A DNA stretch of 64,000 bases from Bryobacterales bacterium (lineage in GTDB: Bacteria > Acidobacteriota > Terriglobia > Bryobacterales > UBA6623): NCBI GenBank assembly GCA_965261065.1, contig OZ253444.1:6838902-6902901 (forward strand), in the 5' to 3' direction. Numbering within the stretch: position 1 is the first letter of the stretch; each line of letters begins with the position of its first letter. Below are positions 48,405 to 58,363 of this stretch, one piece after another. A program made the translations under genes and the position numbers. The notes beneath the pieces are model-generated. The model was not told the origin of the DNA and searched no databases. It was given only the letters and a program-made list of their open reading frames with translations.

Positions 48405-50180
48405 ATGAAAGAAACCAGCTACTGGCAGCGAACCGACTCGTTCGATGAAAAGATGCGCTTGCTTACCGAGGCGTATCGCAACAAAGACTACCGCGTGGCT
48501 CGGTCGATCGGCGATTCGCTGCGGCACTCGTTGACCCTCGAGCAGCAACAGCAAGCCCCGCTTGGCGAGACGGTCCTCGGCGCAGAGTCAGACATGCCCG
48601 TCGCCGAGCTGCCGGCGCCGTGGCGGGATTGGGCGCGGGGCTGGTCGTACGTCCGAGTCTTGGCGCTTGACGAGACGGCGAACGCGACCCGCTCGTGCGA
48701 GCCGATCGAGTTGGTCGTGTCGGTTCCCGAGGATCGCGTCTCGTCGCTGCGGCGCGAAGTGCGCGTTGCCCGGATCGACGGCTCGGTGCTGCGCGAGGTT
48801 CGCAGCCAGGTCGATGAAGAAGTCCGCCGCGGCGGCGAGCGTCAATGCCGTCTGACTTTTTTTGCCAATGCTCCGGCCCACCAGCGCTCCTATTGGCTCG
48901 TCTTCTACGGCAACCCCGACGCCGAGTTGCCTCGTTATCCCACCGACCTCGAAGTCAACGGCGAGGGCTTCCAGCTCGAGTTCGAGAACGAATACTTTCG
49001 CGGCAAGCTGTCTGAGCAAATGGGCCAGCTCGAGCGCCTCACCTACAAGCGCGAACACGGTCTCGAACTCTTCGCCGGCGGCGAGGGACATGGCGAGCCG
49101 CCCGGCATCGACTGGGCGCACGATTACGTCACGTCGGGCAACTTCCAGAAACTGCGAGTGACGAATTGGCCCACCGTGCCCGACTACGAGATCCTCCGCG
49201 GCCCGCTGTCTCTCACCGTTCGGCGCTGGGGCTTCCCCTACTCGACCGTGCATCCGTTGTTCTCGCCGGCGCGCATGAACGTGTTTGTCGAGTACCGCTT
49301 CTATGCCGGGACGCCTTGGTTCGTGAAGGTCGGGTCGATGCAGGTGATCAAAGACATCGAGATCGGCTACCTGCGCGACGACGAGTGGGTGTTTTCGGGC
49401 ATGTCGTTCACCGACACGGTCTGGATGGGTCCCGACGGCAAGCTGCATCGCGGCGAGGTTGCGGACGGGCGGCAGGAAGACCTATGGTCGGTCGGCTTCA
49501 TCAATCCGCAGACCGAGGACGCGTTTATCGTGCTCTTCCTCGATCACTCGGTCGAGAACCGCAACGACCTCAAGCACGGTGGCGCTCCGCTGTTCTATTA
49601 CAAGTGGCACGGGCACGTTTGGAGCCGGGCGCTCTATCACGGCGAGACGCTGCGGGCCGGGACCGTGCTGCGCCAGCGAAACGCCTACCTGACAATGCCG
49701 TTCAGCGAGCAGGAAGGCCCCGCGATGGTGGAGGGCATGCGCCACCAGTTGCTCAACCCCCTCGCGCCATCGGTCGCGGACCTGCCCGCGGGTGTAACCG
49801 CCACGGCCCCGAACGGGAGGCTGGCGCGTCCGGGAGAGGCGGGCGACAGCCCGATCTCGAAGCGGTTGCTGTGGGATGCGCTGGCCACATGCCAGGACGA
49901 GCAGTTGTACGCGGCCCGTCCGAGCGTGGTCGATCTCGGGCTGGTGTACGACCTGCGCGTGCGTGGCGACGTTGTTCACGTGCTGATGGCGATGCCGCAT
50001 CGCGGGCGGCCGCGACTCGGCTACTTCTCGTATGGCTCGGGTGGTAACTCGACGCCGGTGCGCACGCAGTTGTTGAAGGTGCCGGGCGTGCGGAAGGTTG
50101 TTGTTGAACAGACCTGGAACCCGCCTTGGGACGCCAACCGCCTGACCGATGAGGGGCGGCGGAAGTTGGGCGTGCCGTAG
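48405..50180 (+). CDS. Hypothetical protein with a C-terminal DUF59/SufT-like domain
   Basis: C-terminus SVVDLGLVYDL...VPGVRKVVVEQTWNPPWDANRLTDEGRRKLG; start taken at ATG 48405. Confidence 0.75.
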   Translation: MKETSYWQRTDSFDEKMRLLTEAYRNKDYRVARSIGDSLRHSLTLEQQQQAPLGETVLGAESDMPVAELPAPWRDWARGWSYVRVLALDETANATRSCEPIELVVSVPEDRVSSLRREVRVARIDGSVLREVRSQVDEEVRRGGERQCRLTFFANAPAHQRSYWLVFYGNPDAELPRYPTDLEVNGEGFQLEFENEYFRGKLSEQMGQLERLTYKREHGLELFAGGEGHGEPPGIDWAHDYVTSGNFQKLRVTNWPTVPDYEILRGPLSLTVRRWGFPYSTVHPLFSPARMNVFVEYRFYAGTPWFVKVGSMQVIKDIEIGYLRDDEWVFSGMSFTDTVWMGPDGKLHRGEVADGRQEDLWSVGFINPQTEDAFIVLFLDHSVENRNDLKHGGAPLFYYKWHGHVWSRALYHGETLRAGTVLRQRNAYLTMPFSEQEGPAMVEGMRHQLLNPLAPSVADLPAGVTATAPNGRLARPGEAGDSPISKRLLWDALATCQDEQLYAARPSVVDLGLVYDLRVRGDVVHVLMAMPHRGRPRLGYFSYGSGGNSTPVRTQLLKVPGVRKVVVEQTWNPPWDANRLTDEGRRKLGVP

Positions 50181-50262
50181 GGTGGCGGTCTTATCGCGTC
50201 CGTCGACCGTCAGGTGGTGAGTGGCGAGAGGTGCAGGCTAGATGCGTTTGAGCAGCGTCCAG

Positions 50263-50302
50263 GGTTCGTGCCGGACCGCTCCCTCACGGTCACGGCTCTG
50301 TT
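50263..50302 (+). repeat. Dispersed REP-like repeat, family B
   Basis: 38/40 identical to 22973-23012. Confidence 0.8.
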
Positions 50303-50341
50303 GCTTCGCACTTCGCCTCGCCGCGTGGTGAGAGACGTAGG

Positions 50342-50731
50342 CTAGGTTTCTGAAGCCTCGCTGTCGAGGAAGCGGTTGGGGCGAAGGAAAAAGCCGATCG
50401 TCAGAGCGCCGTTGGGGCAGTGGGCGTCGTGGCGGCTGCCGGCGGGCCGCCAGACGTAATTCCCCGCGGTGACTTCGCCTTCATCGTCGACCAAACTGCC
50501 TTCCAGTACGTAGGTCTGCTCGATCTCGACGTGCTCATGGAGCGGCAGCCGCGCGCCCGGAGAGCAACGAAACAGCGCCGTGAGCAGGCCCGACTCCTTG
50601 TCCTCCATCAGGACCTTCATCTCGATCCCCTCGTACTTTGTCGGCGTCCAAGGAAGCTCGTCGACGCGAACGTAGCGCGAGGCCAGCGGCGCGAGGCCTT
50701 CGTGGTGGGCGTGGGGCGTCTCGGCAGGCAT
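50342..50731 (-). CDS. ChrR-like cupin domain protein
   Basis: PGARLPLHEHVEIEQTYVLEGSLVD...WRPAGSRH. Confidence 0.87.
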   Translation of the reverse strand: MPAETPHAHHEGLAPLASRYVRVDELPWTPTKYEGIEMKVLMEDKESGLLTALFRCSPGARLPLHEHVEIEQTYVLEGSLVDDEGEVTAGNYVWRPAGSRHDAHCPNGALTIGFFLRPNRFLDSEASET

Positions 50732-50912
50732 GATTGGCGCCAATCTTATCACAGCGCTCGGTCTCAGAACGGCCGCGTCGCCGAGCCGGATGCCCACAGT
50801 GATCAGGGTGCCGAATTGAAGTACGAACAGCGCCGCCGCGAAACTGAACCCGCCACAGAGCAACGACCGCAGTTCGGTAAAGAGGACACAGTATCATTAG
50901 TCGAGCCTCACC

Positions 50913-52109
50913 ATGCCCCGAAATCTCTCCTCTGATCTGGCCAGGAAAGTTTGCTCCGCGGTGAACCGGGACCGTCTCGTGGAGACAGCCATCGGGCTCG
51001 TGGAGGTTCCCAGCCCTACGCGGAGTGCGGGAGCGGCCGCTGACCGTCTTGCCGAGATTCTGACCGGCGACGGCTTCGCGGTCGAGCGGCCCGTGGCCGA
51101 CTGGCCCGACGCGCCCGCCGTCGTCACGCGCGTCGAGAGCGGCAGACCCGGGCCGGTGCTGCAGTTCGACGGACACCTCGATACCGTGCACCTCCCGTTC
51201 GTCCCACCGCGCCACGAGAACGGTTGCCTCTACGGCTCCGGTGCATCGGACATGAAGGGCGGGATCGCTGCGTTCGTCGAGGCCGCCCGGGCGCTGCGCG
51301 AGATCGGTGGGTTGCAGGCGGGCGGGGTGCTAGTCACGGCGCACGATATGCACGAGGGCCCGTGGGGCGACCGCCGTCAACTGCGCTCACTGATCAGCCA
51401 GGGTGTCCACGGCGACGCAGTGATGCTGCCGGAGTATTTCGCCGACAAGTTGCCACTCGCGGGCCGCGGCATGGCGATCTTCGAGATTCACATCCGGCGA
51501 GACGGCGAACCCGTTCACGAAGTGCTGCGCCCGGCCGGACTCCCCTCGGTGGTCAACGCGGGCGCGGATCTGGTGGTGAAGCTGCGCGATCTCGACGACG
51601 CGCTGGCGGGCAGCGAGGTCGCGGGCATGGGCCGTGATTCCGTGTTCGTCGGCCAGATCCAGGCGGGCGAAATCTACAACCAGGCGCCGGTCGAGTGCCT
51701 GGTCCGCGGCACCCGGCGCTGGGTAACACCCGGGACCGCGGCGGAGGTCGAGCAGGGCTTCCGCGAGCTACTCGAACAGCATGCCCAGGCCAGCGGTACG
51801 CGGATCGATCTTGACTACTCGTTGCAAGGCGATGCGTTCCGGATCGACGAGGGCGAAACGGCCGTGGCGGCGTTTCAAACAGCGCACACCGCGTTGACCG
51901 GTGCGCCGCTGCCGGCCGGGGCCAAGCCGTTTCTCGACGATGGCAACTTGTTTTGCTCGATGGCGGGCGTGCCGGCGCTGACCCACGGTCCTGCGGCGAC
52001 GGGCGCCCACACGCTGAACGAATGTGTGGCCGTCGACGAGTTGGTGCGGGTGGCGCAGGTGTATGCACTGACGGCGTTGTCGTTTTGCGCTGAGACAAGC
52101 GACGGGTAG
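50913..52109 (+). CDS. M20/M25/M40 family metallohydrolase (ArgE/DapE-like)
   Basis: FDGHLDTV, GSGASDMKGG, HEG, GAHTLNECV. Confidence 0.88.
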   Translation: MPRNLSSDLARKVCSAVNRDRLVETAIGLVEVPSPTRSAGAAADRLAEILTGDGFAVERPVADWPDAPAVVTRVESGRPGPVLQFDGHLDTVHLPFVPPRHENGCLYGSGASDMKGGIAAFVEAARALREIGGLQAGGVLVTAHDMHEGPWGDRRQLRSLISQGVHGDAVMLPEYFADKLPLAGRGMAIFEIHIRRDGEPVHEVLRPAGLPSVVNAGADLVVKLRDLDDALAGSEVAGMGRDSVFVGQIQAGEIYNQAPVECLVRGTRRWVTPGTAAEVEQGFRELLEQHAQASGTRIDLDYSLQGDAFRIDEGETAVAAFQTAHTALTGAPLPAGAKPFLDDGNLFCSMAGVPALTHGPAATGAHTLNECVAVDELVRVAQVYALTALSFCAETSDG

Positions 52110-52152
52110 CGCGGGCTACTGGGGTTGCTTGCCACGCGGCACTTGAACCCAT

Positions 52153-52198
52153 GTGTCGGTAAGAGTACCGACACGGCAGGTCTGGGGACCCGCGCCAC
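52153..52198 (+). repeat. Bipartite hairpin REP-like repeat, family A
   Basis: GTGTCGGT-AAGAGT-ACCGACAC-GGCA-GGTCTGGGGACC-CGCGCCAC. Confidence 0.78.
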
Positions 52199-52262
52199 AG
52201 CGGGCGCGTTGCCGGTTTTGCTTTGGCGCTGGCCGGCTGTTGAGGGATAATATCTACGGTAG

Positions 52263-55025
52263 GTGCCGCTGATGGGAAATAAGTCTTCCGGTGAGCGTAG
52301 AGTGGGCGGTTGGGGAAGTCTTATCCCAACGTGTTTCGGCGGGCCGGGATGGCGGGCACGGCGTGCCGTGCCCCTACATTGCCGGCTGGGGCTGATTGTC
52401 TGCTTGACTGCTTCCTGGGGCGTCGCGGCAAGTCCCGTCTTGGATGCCTCCTTGGAGACGGTGGGGCCCGTGGTTGTCGAGATCTATGAAGACCTCGCGC
52501 CTCCTCCGCCGTCGACCCCTGAGGAAGCCCAGGCGGGTTGGAAGAAGAAGTACGTCCACCACAAGGCCCGCGACATCAGTTTGACCGGGCTGACGCCCAC
52601 GTTTCGCTATACCGAGTCGGCCTTTGGCTTTCCACGGCTGCCAACCAAGTTCTCGAAGAACGCTCTGGTGTTGGATTACTCCGAGCCCTTCGCGCTGAAG
52701 GCAGGCATGAAAACCGCACTGCCGGCCGGCAGCCATCAGTTCCGGCTTCGGTCGAAGGGGTCGGCGCGGTTTGAGCTGGACGGCAAGATCCTCGCGACCA
52801 CAAAACGCCAGAAGCCGAACCGGTCGAGCAACGATGAGTTGCCGCCACCCCCGAAGTTTGTGGAGCCTCCTCTTCGCCCGGCAAGTGTTCCCCATCAAGA
52901 CGTGCTGGTGACTGTAGACCTCGACGGCGGCGAGCACCAGTTCACGCTCATCGCGCTGATCGGCGGTTATGGCTTGATTCCCGATCCGGCGGAGCTTTCG
53001 CTGAGCTACTCCAGTGACGGGGAAGTCGACCGACTGCTCGGGGGCGCTGACACGCCGTTGCTGACGAACGAGGGTTGGGAAGTCTACGAGGCCGAGGTCA
53101 TCGCGCGCCACAGCCAGGGAGATGTGGCGCGGCGGCGCGCGGCCGATGATGCGGTCGAGGCCGCTTGGGTGGAGCGGCATCGTCGCGTGCGCGAGTGGTT
53201 GGCCACCGAGGCTCCGGTGGCGGTCCCCGGGGTTGCGTCCGAGGAGTCCGTCCACAACGACATCGACCGGTTCGTTCAAGTGAGACTCGAAGAGGCAGGT
53301 GTCCGGCCCATGCCGCTGACGACGGACCTCGAGTTTCTTCGCCGGCTGTCGCTCGATGTGATTGGAGTCATCCCCACGGCGGATGAGCTTCGCGCGTATC
53401 TCGAGGACGCGCCCGAGCGGCGAAGACATCGGACCATCGAGCGGTTGCTGAGCCACCCGGGTTGGGCCGACCACTGGGTTCCCTACTGGCAGGACGTGTT
53501 GGCCGAAAACCCCAGCATCCTGAAGCCGGATCTCAACAACAGCGGTCCGTTTCGATGGTGGCTGCATCAAGCCTTCAGCGATGACCTGCCGTTCGATCGC
53601 GTCGTGACGGAGCTAATTGAAATGGAGGGGAGCTTGTACCAGGGCGCGCCGCGTGGATTCGCGATGGCGAGCCTCAACGATGCACCGATGGCGGCGAAGG
53701 CCGATATTCTTTCGCAGGCGTTTCTGGGCCAGAAGTTGTCGTGCGCCCGCTGCCATGACGCACCGTTTCATCCCTTTAAGCAGAAGGACTTATTCAGCGT
53801 CGCCGCGCTACTTGACGGCAAACCCATCGAGCTTCCCGAGGCCAGCACCGTGCCGGTCCGCGAGGGGGCGCGCAAGCCGTTCGTTCAGATCTCGCTGAAG
53901 CCGGGCGACCGGATTGATCCGCACTGGCCGTTCCAAGCTCTGAGCGGAAACGCCATCGTGGCCGAACCGCCGAGCAATACGTCGGTGGCGAGCCGCCATC
54001 AATTGGCGAGCATGGTGGTGGATCCGCAGAACGAGCGCTTCGCCCAGGTGGTGGTCAACCGGGTTTGGAAGCGCTACCTGGGGCGGGGATTGGTCGAGCC
54101 GGCGAACGATTGGTCCGAGGCGGAAGTCTCGCACCCGGAATTGCTGCGGTATCTGTCACGGCAGTTCCTCGAGAGCGGCTACGACCTCAAGCATGTCGCG
54201 CGTTTGATCTTTTCGTCGCACGTGTATCAACGAAAGCCCGATCCCGCGGCGGGCGAGTCCGGCGGCGAACGCGGCGCTCTGTTGGCCGGCCCCGTACGGA
54301 GGCGGCTGAGCGCCGAGCAGTTGGTCGATTCGCTCCACGTGGCGGCGGGCAAGAGGCTCGATTGCGAGGAGCTGAATCTCAACCCCTTGGGCGACCGTCC
54401 GCTGAGGCAGTTCGTGAATATGGGGACGCCGCGGCGTGCTTGGGAGATGACGGCGTTGTCGAACGAGCGGGACCGTCCGTCGCTGGCCTTGCCGAGGGCC
54501 CAGGCGTTGGTGGACGTTTTGACGACGTTCGGTTGGCGCCAGGCGCGGCAAGACCCAGCCACGGTGCGGGACGACGGGCCTTCGCCGATGCAGACGCTGA
54601 TGCTGGCGAACGGTCCGATGGGTACGCGGATTACGCGGCTCTCCGACGACAGCGGTTTCACGCGGTTGGCGTTGGAAGACCGGCGGCTGGATGAGCTGGT
54701 GCGTGAGACCTATCTGCGGCTGCTGTCGCGTCCGCCAAGCCAGGACGAGACGAACGTTTTCGTCGATTACCTGCAACCGACCTACGCCGACCGCCGAGTG
54801 CCCGGGAGGACGCTGTCGGACGTCGATCTGTCGAAGAAGACAGACAAGAGAGTTTCCTGGGCCAACCACATGTCGGAGGAATCGAATCTGATTCGGATGG
54901 AAGAAGAACGAACCGTGCGGATGGGCGACGAGCCGACCGCGGCTCTGCAACCGGCCTTCCGCGAACGCTACGAAGATGTGGTTTGGACCTTGGCGAACTC
55001 GCCGGAGTTCAAGATTATTCCGTAG
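52263..55025 (+). CDS. DUF1549/DUF1553 (planctomycete PSD1-type) protein
   Basis: HNDIDRFV, TDLEFLRRLSLDVIG, CARCHD, FAQVVVNRVWKRYLG, RRLSAEQLVDS; start uncertain. Confidence 0.87.
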   Translation: MPLMGNKSSGERRVGGWGSLIPTCFGGPGWRARRAVPLHCRLGLIVCLTASWGVAASPVLDASLETVGPVVVEIYEDLAPPPPSTPEEAQAGWKKKYVHHKARDISLTGLTPTFRYTESAFGFPRLPTKFSKNALVLDYSEPFALKAGMKTALPAGSHQFRLRSKGSARFELDGKILATTKRQKPNRSSNDELPPPPKFVEPPLRPASVPHQDVLVTVDLDGGEHQFTLIALIGGYGLIPDPAELSLSYSSDGEVDRLLGGADTPLLTNEGWEVYEAEVIARHSQGDVARRRAADDAVEAAWVERHRRVREWLATEAPVAVPGVASEESVHNDIDRFVQVRLEEAGVRPMPLTTDLEFLRRLSLDVIGVIPTADELRAYLEDAPERRRHRTIERLLSHPGWADHWVPYWQDVLAENPSILKPDLNNSGPFRWWLHQAFSDDLPFDRVVTELIEMEGSLYQGAPRGFAMASLNDAPMAAKADILSQAFLGQKLSCARCHDAPFHPFKQKDLFSVAALLDGKPIELPEASTVPVREGARKPFVQISLKPGDRIDPHWPFQALSGNAIVAEPPSNTSVASRHQLASMVVDPQNERFAQVVVNRVWKRYLGRGLVEPANDWSEAEVSHPELLRYLSRQFLESGYDLKHVARLIFSSHVYQRKPDPAAGESGGERGALLAGPVRRRLSAEQLVDSLHVAAGKRLDCEELNLNPLGDRPLRQFVNMGTPRRAWEMTALSNERDRPSLALPRAQALVDVLTTFGWRQARQDPATVRDDGPSPMQTLMLANGPMGTRITRLSDDSGFTRLALEDRRLDELVRETYLRLLSRPPSQDETNVFVDYLQPTYADRRVPGRTLSDVDLSKKTDKRVSWANHMSEESNLIRMEEERTVRMGDEPTAALQPAFRERYEDVVWTLANSPEFKIIP
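52354..52377 (-). repeat. GTAG-type REP palindrome inside the 5' end of the DUF1553 ORF
   Basis: GGGCACGGCGTGCCGTGCCC-CTAC on the + strand. Confidence 0.7.
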
Positions 55026-55045
55026 GCCGACAAGAGGATCATGCC

Positions 55046-56350
55046 ATGACGAGTTGGAAAGGAACGCGACGAGATCTGTTGAAGACAACGGCCGCGGCCG
55101 GTGTCGGCATGGGGCTGGGGGCCGGAGCGTTGGCGGGAGCGGGCCGCGTCGGTGAGGGTCCGCGCGGCAAGGCCGACGCCTGCATCATGATCTGGCTTGG
55201 CGGCGGGGCCGGGCACATCGACACCTTTGATCCGAAACGCCGGGGTGACGCCGAGCGGAATGTGCCGGGGTCCTACTACGATTCGATTCCGACCGCGGTG
55301 AAAGGCGTGCGTGTTGCCGAACACCTGCCGAGAACGGCGAAGCTGATGGACCGTTGCGCCATCCTGCGGACGGTCAGCCACGATCTGGTCGGCCCGCATG
55401 GCGCGGCGTCGAACTTGATGCACACCGGCCGCAAGCCGAGTGGAACGTTGCAGTATCCCTCGATCGGGTCGGTGGTTTCGCACGAACTTGGTACGAAGTC
55501 TGACGACGTGCCGGCTTACGTGGTGATGGGCTACCCGAACATCATGCGCGACCCGGGCTTTCTGGGGGCGCGGCATGGATATGTTTATCTGACGCAGACC
55601 GAGACCGGCCCGGGAGGGCTGACTCGGGCCCCGGACGTCGACCGCGCCCGGCAACAGCGGCGCGAGATGCTGCTGGGAACTCTGCGAAATCGTTTGGCGC
55701 GGAAGCATGCCGGCGACCCGGCCGTGCAATCACAAATCGACGTCAACGAGCAGGGCTTTCGCATGGCGGGACCGCGCTTCATGAAGGTCTTCGACCTTGG
55801 TGAAGAGTCGACTTCGCTGCGCGAAGCGTATGGCGGCGAGTTTGGGCAGCGATGCTTATTGGCACGGCGGCTCGTCGGGTCCGGAGTGCGTTTCGTGGAA
55901 GTGTCGTTCAACCTGAACTTCCTGAACGGGTCCGGGTGGGACGTGCACCAGCAGGGCATCTTGAAGCAGCATCTCCTGATTAGGGACCTGGACCAGGGCC
56001 TAGCGACGTTGATTGAGGACCTCGAAGAACACAAAGAGCTTGACCGTACTCTGATCGTTGTCTCAACCGAGTTCGGCCGGCCGCCGGAGTTCGACAGCCA
56101 AGGCGGGCGGGGTCACCAATCGATCGCATTCAGTTGCCTACTGGCGGGTGGCGGTCTTCGCACGGGTCAGGCTATTGGAGCGACCGACGAACTCGGTGAG
56201 GCGGCTGTCACAAAGCCGATTTCCGTGCCCGACTTTCACGCCACGATTCATGCCGCGCTGGGAATTGATCCGGCGAAGGTCCTCTATGCGGGCAAGCGGC
56301 CCATGCCCATCACCGATCACGGTGAGGCGATTCAGCAAGTGTTTAGCTGA
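55046..56350 (+). CDS. DUF1501 domain protein with Tat signal
   Basis: TRRDLLK, CIMIWLGGGAGHIDTFDPK, CLLARRLV..GVRFVEV, GWDVH, TEFGRPP. Confidence 0.92.
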   Translation: MTSWKGTRRDLLKTTAAAGVGMGLGAGALAGAGRVGEGPRGKADACIMIWLGGGAGHIDTFDPKRRGDAERNVPGSYYDSIPTAVKGVRVAEHLPRTAKLMDRCAILRTVSHDLVGPHGAASNLMHTGRKPSGTLQYPSIGSVVSHELGTKSDDVPAYVVMGYPNIMRDPGFLGARHGYVYLTQTETGPGGLTRAPDVDRARQQRREMLLGTLRNRLARKHAGDPAVQSQIDVNEQGFRMAGPRFMKVFDLGEESTSLREAYGGEFGQRCLLARRLVGSGVRFVEVSFNLNFLNGSGWDVHQQGILKQHLLIRDLDQGLATLIEDLEEHKELDRTLIVVSTEFGRPPEFDSQGGRGHQSIAFSCLLAGGGLRTGQAIGATDELGEAAVTKPISVPDFHATIHAALGIDPAKVLYAGKRPMPITDHGEAIQQVFS

Positions 56351-56438
56351 TCGTACCCACTGCGTACCTAGATCGAAGCAGCCCTCTCACGAGGCTGCCG
56401 GGCGATTGCGTTCCGGCGTTCGATATCATGAGCAAACT

Positions 56439-58325
56439 ATGAGGGCGCTGAGCCTTGTCGCGACTGCTCTTCTCACCGCGGTCAACCTGGCGGCGATCGA
56501 CATCTGTCCGCCGACAGCGGTGTACGAACCGTGCGAGATCACCATCGACCTGACCGATGCCGAGGCGGCCCAGCACCCCAACCCCTATGTGAGCGTCGAG
56601 CTGCGCGGCGAGTTTCGCTCCCCGAAGAGGGGCACGACGCACGTCATCCCGGCCTTCTGGGACGGCGGCGCGCGCTTCAAGTTCCGCATTGCGCCCACCG
56701 CCGTTGGCCGCTGGGACTTTCGGCTGCTCTCGAACATCTCAAGTCTTGACCGCAAGGTTGAAAGCTTCGAGGCGACAGAGGCACGTACGCCAGGGTTCGT
56801 GCGGGTCTTCAACCTGCGGTACTTTCGCTACGACCAGCTCAGCACGCCCCACCTATGGATGGGCGACACCTGCTACAAGTTCGCCACGATTCCGTTTGAC
56901 ACTTTCCGGCAGCTCGTCGACATCCGCGCGAAGCAGAAGTTCAATCACATGCGCGGCCTCGTGCTCGGCGACGAAGCCAACGCCGCGCGCGTGCTGGCCG
57001 ACCCCGACCACATCCAGCCCGGCCACTTTCAGGAAGTCGACCGCCGCGTCGCCTACATGAACAGCCAGGGGATCACGTACGATCTGATCCTCGCCGGGGA
57101 CCGCAATCAACTCGTCGAGCTGCTTCCGAAACGCCGCCAACGCCAGCGTTACATCCGCTACATCGTGGCGCGCTATGCAGCGATGAACATCACCTGGCAG
57201 GGCGTGCAGGAGTTCGAGGAATACAAAGACGGCGCCCGCGTGCTGCTCGAGATCAACGACTACTTGAAAAAGACGGACCCCTACCAACACCCGCGCTCGA
57301 CGCACGCTGTGACGACGTCGGGCGGGCTCTCGGACCAGGGTTGGTTGGACTACATCGTGCACCAATCTTCGAGCACCGACCTGGCGGCGGTGGAGTACGA
57401 GATGTACCCCGTTCCCTTCGTCAACGCCGAGTTCGGCTACGAAGACAGTGGGGCCGGGAAGTCGCACCAGCACCACGTCGACAGCGATGAGTTCCGCCGG
57501 CGGTTGTGGCGCGCCGCCATGCACGGCCAGTATGTCACCTACGGCAACACCGGCACCTACGGCGGACGTAAGTTCGACGTCGACCTCAAGTACGCCGACT
57601 CGCCCGGCGCTCGGCAGATGACGCACTTTTATGACTTCTTCGCGCAAACCAGATATTGGGACCTGGAGCCGTATCTGCGCGTGGCCGGCGGGCCCGCGCT
57701 GGCGTTGGAGCTTCTGCGCTACCGCAGCGACCTGATGGAGGGCGTCGAGTATATCGTCTACGTCGAGAAGCCGCGCCGCGTCGAGTTGCACGTCGCCAAG
57801 GGCAAGTACAACGTGAGTTGGTTCAATCCGATCGACGGAACCTGGATCGACCAGAAGGACGAGTTCAAGGGCGAGCGCTTCATCACGGAGGGGCCGCCCG
57901 ATCCCTCGCACGATTGGGTGCTGTATGTGCGGCGCGAGGGCAAGAAGAACGGCATGCGCAAGTCGTACAAGCTGGAGTCGCGCCGGTCGAAACCCAAGGA
58001 GATCGAGCTGTTGCCGTCAGAGGTGCCCTACACGATCCAGTTCCCCACCGAAGAGGAGTTGGTCGCCGGACAGGAGTACGAATTCAACGCCACGCTCACC
58101 AAAGACACCCGCACGGCCAAGAGGATGCGCTGGATGTGGGCCGTCGAGGTACCGGGTGCGAAGAACGGCTACCGTGTTCTGGGCGCCAAGCAGTTCGGAC
58201 GCTTCAAGGTCCCCGAAGGGCTGACCCGACGCTATCCGACGACGTTGCTCGTTCGCTTGCTCGGGGTGGACGGTGCGCGCCGCCTGTTCGAAGCTTCCAA
58301 GACCTACAGGTTCGTTGGCGAATAG
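56439..58325 (+). CDS. DUF5060/DUF4038 apiosidase-like secreted glycoside hydrolase-related protein
   Basis: Signal peptide, AFWDGG..FKFRIAPT..GRW, WMGDTCY, HPRSTH, C-terminal WFNPIDG...HDWVL. Confidence 0.78.
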   Translation: MRALSLVATALLTAVNLAAIDICPPTAVYEPCEITIDLTDAEAAQHPNPYVSVELRGEFRSPKRGTTHVIPAFWDGGARFKFRIAPTAVGRWDFRLLSNISSLDRKVESFEATEARTPGFVRVFNLRYFRYDQLSTPHLWMGDTCYKFATIPFDTFRQLVDIRAKQKFNHMRGLVLGDEANAARVLADPDHIQPGHFQEVDRRVAYMNSQGITYDLILAGDRNQLVELLPKRRQRQRYIRYIVARYAAMNITWQGVQEFEEYKDGARVLLEINDYLKKTDPYQHPRSTHAVTTSGGLSDQGWLDYIVHQSSSTDLAAVEYEMYPVPFVNAEFGYEDSGAGKSHQHHVDSDEFRRRLWRAAMHGQYVTYGNTGTYGGRKFDVDLKYADSPGARQMTHFYDFFAQTRYWDLEPYLRVAGGPALALELLRYRSDLMEGVEYIVYVEKPRRVELHVAKGKYNVSWFNPIDGTWIDQKDEFKGERFITEGPPDPSHDWVLYVRREGKKNGMRKSYKLESRRSKPKEIELLPSEVPYTIQFPTEEELVAGQEYEFNATLTKDTRTAKRMRWMWAVEVPGAKNGYRVLGAKQFGRFKVPEGLTRRYPTTLLVRLLGVDGARRLFEASKTYRFVGE

Positions 58326-58363
58326 CCGAGGCTGCCCCCGAGGCTGCCCCTCTTACCTGCCTG

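Noticed and set aside
57656-58363. N-terminal extension of tsaB
   Set aside because: It overlaps the DUF4038 gene; TsaB similarity starts at ATG 58364.
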